The notes: generated by a model not told the origin, from the letters alone. DNA of 64,000 nt from Hypanus sabinus (GCF_030144855.1 NC_082730.1:14632001-14696000); one strand, 5' to 3'. Shown: positions 37,980 to 52,039, counted from the stretch's first letter. A program made the numbers and translations.

Positions 37980-38460
37980 TACGGAGATCCGTCTGTTGCC
38001 CATGCAGTGGGACCCCCTCTCCATGCTGATGACAGGTCCAAAGGAACGACGGAAGTCGGTACAGTTTGGTGCCAGCAGCATCGCAGGAGTGGCCGTGCTA
38101 ATCCTGGATACAGCAGTCAGCCACCTTCGGGACTCCGACTCCAGATTTTTCCTTGGGGTTCACTCCCAAAGCCTTTCCTATGAGCGGGTATAGCCGCAAG
38201 GCAGAGGAGATTTGAAATTGGAGTTTTCCCCCTCCTAGGTGAGCTACCATCCATGGTTAACGAGACCCATCTGCACACCGAGCGCAACTGGTTTTAAGGT
38301 GCCAGTGGTCCGCATCTGCCCCTTCTCCCATCAGTGAGAACAGCTCTGCCGGGCATAAGAACTATGCAACACATGAAGGCCAGGAGTTGGACTTGGTTGT
38401 CAGAGGCTGTTTGAGACGCACGCTGTGAAGAGCATTTGTTTAGCAGTGGGAGCTCATCCC
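37980..38460 (-). mobile_element. Probable RTE-clade LINE 5' fragment
   Basis: Resembles RTE 5'UTR sequence common in ray genomes (from recall only); no intact ORF. Confidence 0.4.
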
Positions 38461-39717
38461 CACTACCACCCTTCGGCTATGACTACCCTTGGAGCCAAAA
38501 GCTAGAGACGCTACTCTGTAAGTGAGAGGGCAAAGTCTGAGAGGGGCTGGAGGGGCAATGTTTTCCAAACAGAGCAGTGTGTACATGGAAAAAGATGCCA
38601 GAGCAAGTACTAGAGGTGGACACAAATAAATTGCTTAAAATACGTTTGGGCAAGATCATGTATAGGAAAGATTTAGATGGATATGGGACAAATGTAGGGA
38701 AATGGGAGAAGCTGAGGAAGACTCTGTGGTCAGCATGGCTGATTTGGGCCAAAGCTCCTGTTTGCATAACCTATAACTCTTTGATCCTGCAGAATCCTCT
38801 CTAAACTGGAACACACTTCTGAAAGTTTAAAACTCAGAATTCTATTCCGTTGCAGCTTATGAGACCACAGCCTGTCAGAGTGCACTTCAATTTCAAAATC
38901 CAAAGTTCAAAGTACATTCATTATCAAATATATCTATAATATACAGTCTTGAGGTTTGCCTCCTTACAGTCAGCTGCAAACCAAAAGAAAACCATGAGAG
39001 CTGACTAAAATAAAGATGCTCTAACACCCAATGTGGTGAAGCTTTATAAGGCACTGGAGAGGCCTCACTTTGATTGTTGTGAACAGTTTTGGTTCCTTGT
39101 CTCAGAGAAGACGAGCTGACATTGCGGAGGGTTCAGAGAATGTTGACAAGGATGATTCCAGGAATGAAAGGGTTTTCATACAAGGAATATTTGATAGCTC
39201 TGGATCTGTACTTGCTGAAATTTAGAAGGATGAGGGCAATCTCATTGAAACCTTTCGAATGTTGAAAGGCCTAGACAGAGTAGATATGGAAAGGATGTGT
39301 CCCACGGTGGGGGAGTCCAGGACAAGAGGGCACAGCCTCAGGATAGAGGGGTGTCCATTTAAAAAGAGATGTGGAAAAATTTCTTTTGTCAGAAGGTGGT
39401 GAATTTGTGGAACTTGTTACATTTGAATTACTTCTGAATTTAAATAATCATACTAATGTTTGACAGTTATGCAGAGGAGCATCTGAATACACAACACATT
39501 GAGCCTTGAAGTGGATGGACCACAGCAGCAGAGGACCATGAACAAACACTCAGTGGCAAGTTCATTGGGTATAGGAGGTATCTAATAAAATGGCCACTGA
39601 ATGTTTCAAGGCTATAACTTGTGAGATACCTGTCACATGTTCTGTAGCTTTCAGCACAAAATCAAATTATGACCAGGTTCAATGACAAGCTGTAGAGAGG
39701 GAAACATTTTGCCCTGA

Positions 39718-40038
39718 AGTCAAATACTTGTAGATGTACGGTAAATCTCCAATCGGCACCTGGTATTGAAATTCCACAGCTGTACCATCCTGTATCTCCA
39801 GAGTGAAGATCCTCCACAGTAACAGTAAATATTCCCCATTCTAGGTTATCTGTGATTGACAATTGTCCACTTCATCCATGTTGCTCTTTTGTTTCCGCTC
39901 AAACTGAACAGTGACGAGTCTGTCCATGGCACCAGTACTTTGTGTCTGAGCGGTACTTTGCTCCATAGTGACAATCGATTGTGATCACTCTTCCCACAAC
40001 TCCTCTTAAATATTTTGCTGCCCTCAATGCACCTGAAA
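39718..40038 (-). pseudogene. Ig V-set exon of G3 with two in-frame TGA (39899-39901, 39872-39874) and a lost donor
   Basis: Acceptor cctcccacag|TT TCA GGT GCA TTG; TIDCHY, TKYWC, DTGWYSCG motifs; closest paralogue of the G1 V exon, including flanking introns. Confidence 0.9.
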
Positions 40039-40971
40039 CTGTGGGAGGCATTTTCAGACCTGAAGGAAAAGGAACAATTAAATGCAAACAGATAACCTTG
40101 AACATGCTGGTAAAAGCAAGTCCAAGTCACGTCCAGCATGTGGCATGTGTTGCCACTGCCAATGATTTTGGTCTGAAGTGCAGTCAGTGCTGTTACTGTG
40201 TCAGTGCTCTCTCCCCTGTGTCAGTACATTGTGGGTTCACTTCCCACTCCAGAGTCCTGAGCAGAAACCCAGGGCTGACCTTCTAGTGCAGTACTAAGGG
40301 ACAGCTGCAATTTTGAATTTTCAGTTATCTCTGATGTACACAAAGATCCCAGCTAATTAATTTGGGATGCTCCCAGATTTGAGTGTGTGCTTCAGATTTT
40401 GGGGAAATCTGGGGTTGAGATGGGGCTCAGTATGATCATTTAAGGTCATATTTCAATTCTCCACATAAGGCTAATGTTCTGATTTCCTCATCACTTACAG
40501 ACAAGTTTATAAACTACAGAAAGAAACCCCTCATGATGTCTGTAACTGCGCCCTCTGGTTATTGTACAAATTCTGTATTTTGTACTTGTCAAGTATTTCT
40601 ATGTGCAGTTAGAAGGTGGTGCAACAGTGTTCATTACCACTTTAGTGTCTAGAAATCCAGCTGTGATTTCAATTTCTGTAAGGATACATTGAGAGTTTAA
40701 ATCCAATGAATTATTTATGTCTGGAATAAAAAAATCACACATTAATAATGATAAAGTTCAACTACCAGACTGTCAAAACCCCATCTGGATCGGAAAGGCC
40801 TTTCAGGACAGAAATCTCTCATCCTTACCCACCCTGGTTTACCTTTGACTCCACATCCAGTAATGTTCTTCACTAATTACCCTGCTGAAATGGCCCAGGA
40901 AAGACTTTGATTTCGACACAATTACGCCAATTGTTGTAGTGATTCCTGCAGACTCCAGCAATGGTAGACCT

Positions 40972-41305
40972 TTTTCATTTTTCAATTTTTTTATTGATTT
41001 CCAAATAAAGAATATACAAACCAGAAGAGGAGTTTAACAAGTAGATAATATAAAAGACGTATAAACAACAATAGCAAAAACAGAAAGTATATAATGTTAA
41101 AATCAAATAGATAAAACATTATGCTGTTATATATACAATGGTCAAAAAAAACTACAACTCCTCATAGCAATCATAAAAAAAAGATTGGAAATTTTATTGA
41201 TAAAGAAAAAAACCCACTAACTAAACTGAAACAAAAAAAAAGAGAATGAGGAAAAAAAAGAAAAGAAAAAGAAAGATTGGGCAGTCCAATTGAGGATAAA
41301 ATTAG

Positions 41306-41344
<39 letters not shown>

Positions 41345-43063
41345 AAAACACATCCTTCCAGTCACCTCCGAACCGTCATGGATAAGGATTTTCCCCAAAG
41401 AGAATAAAGAAAAACAAATAAATAAAAATAAATTAAATCATGTGAAAACATTGAATAAAGGGTCACCAGACTTGTTCAAAATTAAAGGATGTATCAAATG
41501 TCCAGCGTCTAATTTTCTCCAAGCTGAGACATGGCATAATGGAGGAGAAACAATAGAAAATAGTAAGTGGGTTAGATTCTTTCCAGTGCAGCAAAATAGC
41601 TCTCCTAGCCAGTAAAGTTGAAAAAGCTATCACATGTTGGGCGGAAGCAGATACTTTGCTTGCTTCCTCTGGAATAATCCCAAAAATTGCTGTAAGCGGA
41701 TTAGGTTGGACATCCATAACTTTAGATAATATTCCAAACACATCCCTCCAAAAATTATTTAAACTTATATATGACCAAAACATATGAGTTAGAGTAGCCA
41801 CTTCTGTGTTGCATCTGTCACAAATAGGGCTTATATTAGGAAAAATATGCGCCAATTCATCTTTGGACATATGGGCCCTGTATACTATCTTTAACTGACT
41901 TAAGATATGGCATGCGCAGATAGATGAATTATTGACTAAATAATAAATGTTACTCCATCGATTATCTGAAAGTGAATGTTGAACCCTATCATTAGGCGAC
42001 ATTGAACCCAAGTGCATTGAACCCTATCATTAGACGACATGCGAGCATTCACTAACTGTTTATAAATGATAGCTATTAATCATTTTTGAAAAGGTTTAAA
42101 CTGAAAAATAACATAAGCCAAATTTAAAGAGCAGGCCAAGGGGTAATTCGGTAAAAAATCACGTAAAAAATTCCTAACCTGTATATACCTGAAAAAATGT
42201 GTATTAGAGATATCATATTTATCCATTAACTGTGAAAAAGACATTAAACAGTTTTGTAAAAACAAACCTAAAAAAGTTTTTATTCCCTTAATTTTCCATG
42301 TTAAAAAAGCCTTATCCAAAGTTAATGGTTTAAAAAAGAAATTAGAATAAATATTACTAGAAAGTAAAAAAATCATTTAATTAAAAAAATCTACGTAATT
42401 GAAACCAAATTTTTCAAATATGTTTAACAATAGGGTTAAGAGCTTGTCTACCTATTCTGGAGAGAGAAAACGGAAGAGAAGCTCCTAATAAAGAAGCTAA
42501 TGAAAACCCCATTACTGAATTTTCCTTCAACTGTAACCATGAAGGGCGATCTCGGTCATCTATATCATAAACCCAAAAAGTAATATAACAAATATTAATT
42601 GCCCAATAATAAAATCTAAAGTTTGGTAAAGTCTGTCCTCCATCTTCTTTTGATTTTTGCAATAAATGTTTATTCACTCTAGAGCTTTTATTATTCCAAA
42701 CATAAGACAAAATCAGAGTATCTATTTTATCAAAAAATGTTTTTGGAATGAAAGAGGGAACTGCTTGAAATATATATAAAAATTTTGGTAGAATAACCAT
42801 TTTTATAGCATTTATTCGACCTATCAATGACATCGACATAGATGACCATTTAGAAAGCGCCTGTTAAGTATATTCAACTAAAGGGAAGAAATTATGCCTA
42901 TATAGGTCTTTAAAATTTTTTGTAATTTTGATACCAAGGTAAGTAAAATGGTTTTGGCAATATTAAAAGGTATTTCATCAGAACAATCAGAATAATTTTT
43001 ATGTAAATTAAGTTTATATCCAGAAAAAGTACCAAATTCTATAAATATAGATAACATAGTAGG
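40972..43063 (-). mobile_element. 5'-truncated L1-clade LINE with 15-bp TSD (AGCAATGGTAGACCT at 40957-40971 and 43064-43078), in G3 intron 1
   Basis: ORFs 42414-42839 (GRINAIKMVILPKFLY), 42080-42376 and 41463-42017 (CDRC..HMFWS); A-rich tail at left; (GA)n at 41310-41340; empty site at ~11205-11219. Confidence 0.93.
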
Positions 43064-43539
43064 AGCAATGGTAGACCTGATGTTCTAGCTTAACAGCTTG
43101 CAGGAAATTTCTCCAACTGGACATTTTCTCCCCAACCCCATTTTTCTACACATTATTCCCCTTTTCTCCTTATCTGCTTCCACCTCTCACCCACCTCCAA
43201 ACAACACCCCTTTCCCTCCCCATTCCACTTGCCTATCATGCTTCACCTCTCCTCAGTCCCCAACCGCCTAGTGGACCCTGTCTTACACCTCCCTCTCTTC
43301 TATTTACACTATCACCCTCTCCATTCATCCTTGTTGCAGAGCGTCGATCCAAACCATTAACGTTTCCTCTCCATCTGACAGATGCTGCTTGATCCGTTGA
43401 ATTCCTCCAGGAGTGTACTCTGAACCCCAGTTTCTGACATCTTTACTGTCTGCAGCTATTCAAGCACTGTTGAGGTAATTGTGTACGACCCCCAGACCAA
43501 CACTGATTGTGCAAATTCCCAGTGCAGTTTGTCACTTAC

Positions 43540-43581
43540 CGGATAGAAAAGCAGTCAAAAAAATTGAAGACCACAGCTTAT
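43540..43581 (-). pseudogene. Leader exon of G3, (M)KLWSSIFLTAFLS|, with the start codon apparently lost (AT-AAG)
   Basis: AAG CTG TGG TCT TCA ATT TTT TTG ACT GCT TTT CTA TCC G|GTAAGT with a phase-1 donor. Preceded by aaaaAATAAG with no ATG, and by aatgaggaagaaggaagcaggaagt ETS motifs at 43641-43665. Confidence 0.72.
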
Positions 43582-45036
43582 TTTTTTCACAGTGAACCAG
43601 ACAGGACCTGTCTGTCCTCAGCAAGAAAAACTGAAATAAAAATGAGGAAGAAGGAAGCAGGAAGTTTGATTAAAAAAAAACAAGGTGACGCAAATGGTGT
43701 GTGGTGTGTGACATCTGAAAGGCTTTCAGCTATATTAGTAAGACAGAAATACTTAACTGATTCCCAGACTGAACATAATGGTGAGAAGAATTAAAATATT
43801 GGACACAACCAACAGCAAGTGTTCTAATCTGAAGCAACAGTAAATGGTTCGAGGAAGCAGATTAATCTATAATGTTGACCACTCTGCCTCTGCAGAGCCC
43901 AACTGATTCATCCAGATCTTTTATTTTTTGCTTGATTTAACATGTTGGCCGTGTTGAGTCATTAGGGAAGGTGTTCATGGTGAATAGTTAATGGTAGAAA
44001 GGGAAAGAGCCTATGTAGAGCTTAGGAGGCAATGGCGCCTAACAGCGACTCCTTTGCTTGCATTTTCAGAAACAACTCTATTTCTATCTTTAATATCTCT
44101 ATTTTTTCCCTTTCAAGGTTCTTTTGAAGACCCTGATCTGGAGTTACACACTGACTTCGGTTCGTTGCAGAAATGCAACCTGTTCTCAGGGTCTCACGAC
44201 TGGCCACTATTCAATACACCAAGGAAGTGGCCTAGAAGATTACTGTGCCTTCAGGGTTCCTGAATTTCATGGCTCTGGAGGTGAGTGGACTCGAGATCGG
44301 TGCCACTGCCTGATGTGTAGTGGGTTCACACAGAAGATTAAAAGCAGTAATTTGGCTGCTGGCTGTGTGTCCAGAGACCCAAGTTCTTTGGGAACAGAGC
44401 TCAGAAAAAGTGACGCAACAGACTTTTTTTTGTAATTTATTTTTTATTTAAGTTCATCATCAAACCAACATTTCCATAAGATGTATTTCAGATATTGTAC
44501 ATATATATCATATATGCCACAAATCATATAATATTTATCTGAGTTATTTATCTATAAAAAAGAGGAAAGAAAGAACAAGTGAAAGGAGAAATATACCAGC
44601 AGTATATTCATTAAATATTTATCTCTTTTCAACCATTCTTGAGGTATATATGCAACAGACTTTTAACATCATAAATAAGTGAGTTGTTTGTTATGTCTCC
44701 CCTCTCTCTGTGAAATGGGGACACCTCTTTTCCCTTATTAGGGAGAGAGAGAACCTGTGATATGTTGAATTACTGATTGAACGAGTAAACTTTGGGGTAC
44801 TGCAAGCCTTTGTCTTTCTTGATGCTTTGCTGCACTGTTGATTGCTCGGTGGGGTCACTGATGCTTTTTTTTCTGGTGGGTGTGGGGGTTTTTGCTTATG
44901 CATGGGTGGGGGTAGCTGCGGGGTGCTTTGGGTTTCCAGCATTTAACTGTCATTCGTTCTTCGGGGCACTCCTCTGTTTTCATGGGTGGTTGAGAAGAAA
45001 AAGAATTTCAGGATATATTTTATATACATTTCTCTG

Positions 45037-45799
45037 TGTTACGCCTGTGCCCCCCCTCCTTTTTGAGAATCGCAAGATCGCTATTAAGTCAGGTCAGGAG
45101 ACCCAGGAAATGAGAGAGAGACGTTTGGAATGTCCTGGCCCAGCAATACAAAGCCACGGAATAGGTCATTGTCTCTTGGAGACGGAATTGTGTATTGAGT
45201 ACTGTGCTTCATGGAAGCCCTCAGGCAACGTGGGCTGGTTGGGGGATGGCATCATTCCACCCTGATTGACATCTGAGACCCCATGAGTCAGGATAAAAGA
45301 GGGTCTGGGGAACAGCCCTTGACACGCACCAGGAGAAATGCTAGAAGTTCCGTGACGGCGTTTAATAGCGATAGCCGGTGGAGGGCCCACGTGTGTCTTT
45401 TCCCGTTGCCCCGGGATTGAGGCCCTACCATGGAAGGCAGCTTAGCTAAAGGAGAAATCAGCCCCAACGACTCTCGAAGGATCGACATCATAAAAGGAAT
45501 GGGCAAGTTTTAATCCGTCTCTCTCTCCAACCAAAAGCTGCAGCTTGAATGAACTGTGACTTTTATATTTCCATCAGACAATACATTATCCCCTAGACAA
45601 CGATAGAGCTATTTCTTATTGATTATTATTATACCCACGCTTTTAGATTTAGTATTGACAACATATATTATATGTATGTTTGCATTGATATTATTTTTGT
45701 GTATTTTTATCAATAAATACCATTAAAAATAGTACCATCAGACTTCAACGGACCTCTCTATCTTTGCTGGTAAGTGACCCAGTAATGGGGTACGTAACA
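45037..45799. mobile_element. Solo LTR with 4-bp TSD TCTG
   Basis: Perfect inverted termini TGTTACG..CGTAACA; tctg at 45033-45036 and 45800-45803. Confidence 0.85.
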
Positions 45800-48700
45800 T
45801 CTGGCATTAAATGTGCCTTTGAAAACTTTGAGTGTTGTTGTGACTGTGAGTAGAAAGTTACATCACCCCTAGTCCAACCAACAGGAGCATTAAATGGGTC
45901 TGGGTCTGTACTCACTGGAGATTAAAAGAACAAGGGGGTATCTCATTAAAACCTATTAAATACTGAAAGGCTTAGATGTAGTGCATGTGGAGAGGATGTT
46001 TCCTGTAGTTGGGGAGTCTACGACCAGCGGGAATAGTCTCAGAGTACAAGGACGTTCCTTTAGAACAGAGATGAGGGAAAATTTCTTCAGATGTAGTGTG
46101 GTGAATCCATTAATTCACTACCACAGGTGGTTGTGGAGACCAAGTCATTATTTAAAATGGAGGTTGATCGGTTCTTGATTATTGAAGGTGTCAAAGATTA
46201 TGGGGAGAAGGCAGGTGAATGGGGTTGAGAGGGCCTAAATTCGCACCTATGCCTTTTGGTCTTATGGTCCTCTAATGCAGGCACAAATCTGGTGAATCCC
46301 TTCTGCAACTTGAATTCTTGAATGCTCAATGCTTGTCCAATGTCATAAGGTCTCTTTACCACCTACTTTACCATTTCCCTCTGTTCCAAATCTCAGGGAG
46401 TTTAGGACTTGCACTCCAAGATCCATACATCATTCTGGAGGTGCCTTGGTGATAATTCAGTCAAATATGAGACACGAAAAAGACATGACATGAGACTTGA
46501 TGAAAGGTCTTGGCCCAAAAAATCAACTGTTTACTCTGTTCCATAAATTCTGCCTGATCTGATGAGTTCTTCTAGCTTTTTGTGTGTGTTGTGATATTTC
46601 CATCAAGCCTGTTTTTGGAAACTTGCTGCTGAAGAGGGATCAAAGTAGGAAATAACTGTAGAGACTTTTCAGGCAAACTCAGCATGCATTCTTGACCTCA
46701 TTCCATCTCCTCTCTGAGGGCTGATTCTGCTCTTTGAAGGAACCTTGAAAGCTCATCTCTTCTGAAATTTATTCCATCTGTTGATGCAATTTCAAGAGCT
46801 TTGATGGGAATTCACTTTGCTTTAGTTAGATGTCAGGGGAAAAGCTACTGAATGGAATTGCACAGTCACAATAGGTAAAATCCATGTCGGATGTGTTCCG
46901 AAACGAAATCAACATTTTGACAGGAAACGGTCTGTGTGAATAAACAACCCCAGCAGTTTCTATTTCTCATAGAATCATAGGGTACAGTAAATGAACAGTT
47001 CACACTTGTCCAAGGTGAAGACATTTCTGTTTTCCCTATCTCACCACCACGGTTGCCCTGACCCTTGACCCTGCATACCTTTGCTGATCTCCATTGCTAG
47101 TTTCCCAATATACCTGTGATCATGGTTAGATCTTTCAATGTTAGTCGAAGTGTGATCTATCCAGGTTCATGCTGTGCAACTCCCTGGGGCAGATGAGGTC
47201 TGAAGAGAGCTACAGTAAAAATTCTCACCTGTTACACATATTGGAGAAGTAACATAGAATCAGAATCAAAATCAGGTTTCATATCAGTGGCATACTGTAT
47301 GAGATTAAAATTAGCTGCAGGGCTCCAAAACCTCATCTATCTATTAATTTTCATAGATGCTGCCCGACCTGCTGAGTTCCTCCAGAATTTTGTGTGTGTT
47401 GTTTTTGATTTCATTGTAGTGCGAGGGCTGAGGTGATCCAAGAATGTGGCTAATTTATATTGTCCTGAATTTTAGTTGCTGACTTTTCAATTGTTTATAA
47501 ACACTTAATTTCACATTGTATGGAAAGAGATAAATGATAAAATAATTCAGTATACACGGAGAGCTTCTGTTACTTTGGGTTTGTTACAATTGTTTTAGGG
47601 GAAAACAGTGCAGCATATTAGTCATGAATGTATATGTGCTAAAATTCTGTACATTCTATTGTATAAGTGTTGTATTTATCGCATCAGTCATTGCTGGCTT
47701 CCGTGTAAAGTTTGCCCTCAGCGAAGGATGCGGTTTGAACTTCTCTCTTCTGTACTTGATTAACCAAACAGAATATAGAGAAGTAACAACAGATGCTACA
47801 CATTGACCAATTATTCTGGTCTCTTTCTGCATTGCCCAATCCTTCTTGGAAAATTTCTCAACAACCATGGTGCAATATGCTGATGAAAACAAGTGCAGAC
47901 ATACAAAACATCTTCAGCAAAACTTTTTTTGTTTCACCAACCAGATCACTGAACAACAATAACAATTCTTTGAAGAAAAGTGAAAAGGGCATTTAACAAT
48001 TGTGTTTAAACCTGATCCCAATCCTGTATGTACTTCTAAATATAACAGTGGGATCGTAAAACTTTTTCCATTTGGTTATTGAGTAGCTATCCAAGTGAAG
48101 CTTTATAAGGCATTCATCAGACCACAATTGAAATATGGTGAACAATTTCAGGTCCCTTATCTATTAAAGGATGTGCTGTAATTGGAGAGGGTCCCAGGAA
48201 TGAAAGGGTTAATGTATGAGGAGTGTTCGATCGTCTGGGCCTGTACTCACTGGAGTTTAGAAGAATGAGGGGAGTTGTCATTAAAACCCCTTCTGTAGTG
48301 AAGGGCCTAGAAACTAAATGGAGTGCATGTGGAGGGGATGTTTCCAACAGCGCAGGAATTCTGGACCGGTAGGCACAGACTCCGAATGCAAGGACATCCC
48401 TTTCAAACAGAGATGGAGGAATTTCCTTAGCCAGAGGGTATTGAATCAAAGAATTCATTGCCTCAGATGACTGTGGAGGCCAAGTCATTGGGTATATTTA
48501 AAACAGAGTTTGATAAGTTTTTGTCAGTAAGCCTGTCAAATGTTACAAGGCAAATGTGGTTGAGGGGGATAATAAATCAGCCATTAGAGAATAGTGGGGC
48601 AGAATGAATGGGCTGAATGGCCTAATTCCATTCCTGTGTCTTTTTGTATTATGGTCTTCTGGTCTTAAGTGATGGAATGATGCAGGAAGAGAATGGAACA

Positions 48701-49099
48701 ATTTGTTTACATGAGGCATTCATTTGTTCTTCCATTAATTCTGTTTTGTACGAAAAGTAAAGAGAACTCACATTCTAGCCCTATCCTTTGGGAATTGCTT
48801 TGGGATGTCCTCAGAAAAGGAAAGGGTCCCTTTCTGAATTAGAAGCAGATTTAATTTCACTCTCTTCTGAGGTAAAATTTCCTGTTTTCGGCAGAAAAAT
48901 CACAAAGCAAGTTCCTTCCCTCAGACCATTAATGAGCTCAGGTTTAACAGGTCCACATTCACAAGTGGGACCACTGCCTCTGGAATTATCTGCAGCTAAT
49001 CAATACCCATCAGGTAACCCTGAGCTGAAAAGGTCAAGAGCTTCAAACAGACTCTAGTGTTACTGTTTCACATTCTCACACAGCAGGTGAAGATTATCA

Positions 49100-51200
49100 T
49101 GCCATATTCTATAAGACCATAAGATATAGGAGCAGAATTAGGCCATTTGGCTCATTGAAGCTGCTCTGTTATTTCATCATGTCTGACTCCAATTTTCCTC
49201 TCAGCCCCAATCTCCTGCCTTCTCCCTGTCCTTCATCATTCTTCATGCCCTGAACAATCAAAAACCTATCGACCTCTGCCTTGACTATAAAGACTTGGCC
49301 TCCACAGATTCACCACCCTCTGTCAAAAGATATTCCTCCTCATCTGCTTTCTGAAAAGATGCCCTTCTATTCTGAGGCTGTGCCCACTAGGCTATGACAC
49401 TCCCACCATAGGAAACATCCTCTCCACATCTACTTTATCGAGGTCTTTCACTATTCAATATTCAATTAGGTCATGCCTCGTTCTTCTGAATTCTAATGAA
49501 TATAGATCCAGAGTAATCAGATACTCTTCATATGACAAGCCATTCAATCCTGGAATCATTTTTGTGAACCTCCTCTGAATCCTCTCCAGTTTCCGCACAT
49601 CCTTTCTCAGATAAGGTGCCCAAACCTTCTCATGATACTCCAAGTGAGGCCTCACCAGTGCTTTATAAAGTTTCAACATTACATCCTTGCTCTTAAGTTC
49701 TAATCCTCTTGATATGAATGCTAACATTACATTTGCCTCTTCCACCACTGACTCAGCCTGCAAATTAACCTTCAGGGAATCCTGATCAAGGAATCCCAAG
49801 ACCCTTTGTGTCTCAGATTTTTGTATTTCCTCTCCACTTAGAAAATAGTTAATCTTTTCATTTTTTCTACCAAAGTGCATGACCATACACTCCCCAACAC
49901 ATTATTCCATCTGCCATTCCTTCACCCATTCTCTGAATCTGTTTAAGTCCTTCTGTAGCCTCTCTACTCCCTCAACCTGATCCTTCAGCTATCTTCATAC
50001 CATCTGTGAACTTTTTGACAAAGCCATCAATTCCACCATCCAAGTCATTGACATATAACTCAAAAAGTATCCCAATACAGAACCATGTGTAACACCACTA
50101 GTCACCAGCAGCCAGCCAGAAAAGGCTCACTTATTCCCACTCTTTGCTTTCTGACAGTCACCCACTGCTTTATCTATGTGAGCTTTTTATCATAACACCA
50201 TGGGCTCATAGCTTAAGCACCCTCATGTGTGGCACTTGTCAAAGGTCTTCTGAAAATCCAAGTACACAGCATTAACCCTTTCTCCTTTGTCTATTCTGCT
50301 TGTTACACCTTTAAAGAATTCCAACAGATTTGTCAGGCAAGATTTTTCATTGAGGAAACCCTACTTTGTCATGTGCCTCCAGGTACCCTTAATAATCAAC
50401 TCCAACACCTTCCCAACCACTGAAGTCAGACTAACTGGCTGACTGTTGCTTTTCTTCTCCTTGCTTCCTTCTTGAAGAGTGGAGTGACATTTGCAATTTT
50501 CCAGTCTTCGGGAACCATTCCCGAATCTAGTGATTTTTGAAAGGTCATTACTAATACCTCTATGATCTCTATAGACACCTCTTTAAGAACCCTGGGTTGT
50601 ATGCCATCTGGTCCAGGTGACTTATCTACCTTCAGACCTTTCACTTTTGCAAGAACTTTCCCTCTAGTTATGGTAACTTCATACACTCTGACACCTGGAA
50701 CTATCACTATACTTCCAGTGTCTTACACAGTGAAGACTGGTACAAAATACTTATTTAGTTTATCTGTTATTTCTTTGTCCCCCTATTTCTACTTCTCTAG
50801 CAATATTTTGCAGCATTCCTATATCCATTCTCGCATCTCTTTTACACTTTATGTATCTGTAGAAACTTTCAGTGTCCTCTTTAATATTATCGGCTAGCTT
50901 ACTTTTATATTCCATCTTTACCTTCGTAATGACTTCTTTAGTAGCCTTCTGTTTGTTTTTAAAAGTTCAACCATCCTCCAAGTTCCCACTAATATTTGCT
51001 CTATTATATGCCTTCTCTTGAGGTTTTACATTGGCTTTGACTTCTCTTGTTAGTCATGCTTGTGTCATCTTTCCTTTAGAATACTTTTTTGGTATGTAAA
51101 TATACTGTACCATGTGAATTGCTTCTAGAAATTTCAGCCATTGTTGCTCTACTGTCATCCCTATCAATGACTTTTCCAATCAATTCTGGCCAATTCCTCT
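49100..51200 (-). mobile_element. Degenerate CR1 LINE
   Basis: ORFs 49455-49886 (LYKALVRPHLEY) and 50426-50707 (DKSPGPDGIQPRVLKE..DWKIANVTPLFKK). Confidence 0.88.
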
Positions 51201-51329
51201 TTCATACCTCTGTAATTCCATTTACTTCACCATAATGCTGATACATCTGACTTCAGTGTCCCACCTGTCAATAAGGCATTTCAAAGTTCAAAATTCAAAT
51301 TAAATTGATATTCAAAGAGCAGTAAGTAT

Positions 51330-52030
51330 GAGGGGTGATTGATAAGTTTGTGGCCTGAGGTAGAAGGAGTCAATTTTAGAAAACCTAGCGCATTTATTTT
51401 TCACCCACCCCTTGTGTTGCCACCATGTCCTTGCGAACCTCCTTGGGTGATAAGCCCTTGAGACCGAGGTAGCAGATGACTGCACAAAGGCCGATGTTGT
51501 CCGTTTTCTCAGACAGTGCTAACTAGGGCTGATTGATAAGTTCATGGCCTAAGGTAGAAGGAGTCAATTTCAGAAAACCTAGCACATTTATTTTTCAACA
51601 TAGTCTCCTCCTACATTTAGGCCAGGCAGCATCTATGGGAAGAAGTACAGTCAACGTTTTGGGCCGAGACTCTTCAGTTAGTCCTGACGAAGGGTCTCGG
51701 CCTGAAATGTTGACTGCACTTCTTCCCATAGATGCTGCCTGTTCTGCTGCGTTCCACCAGCATTTTGTGTGTGTTGCTTAAATTTCCAGCATCTGCAGAT
51801 TTCCTCATGTTTACCCCTCCTACATTTACACACTTAGTCCAGCAGTCGTGGTGCATACAGATCCCTTCTTTGTAGAAGTCGGAGTCTTAGACCTCCAGAA
51901 AGTGGTCCACAGCAGGGGTGATTGGTAAGTTTGTGGCCTAAGGTAGAAGATGAGTTATACAGCTCTCGTTACATGCACATGCAGTTCAACTCTGAGTGAT
52001 TATACAGAAAGTTTGTAGTTAATAACTTTT
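51330..52030 (+). mobile_element. Mariner-like terminal-repeat element carrying a Penelope-derived short insertion (51620-51815) with 13-bp TSD CCTCCTACATTTA
   Basis: Three direct copies of the gggtgattgataag..gtagaag motif; TSD at 51607-51619 and 51816-51828; HHR-like motif at 51681-51714. Confidence 0.65.
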
Positions 52031-52039
52031 GTGGTATTT

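Noticed and set aside
46890-46910. gaaacgaaa as an interferon-stimulated response element
   Set aside because: Spacing does not match GAAANNGAAA; a single isolated motif.
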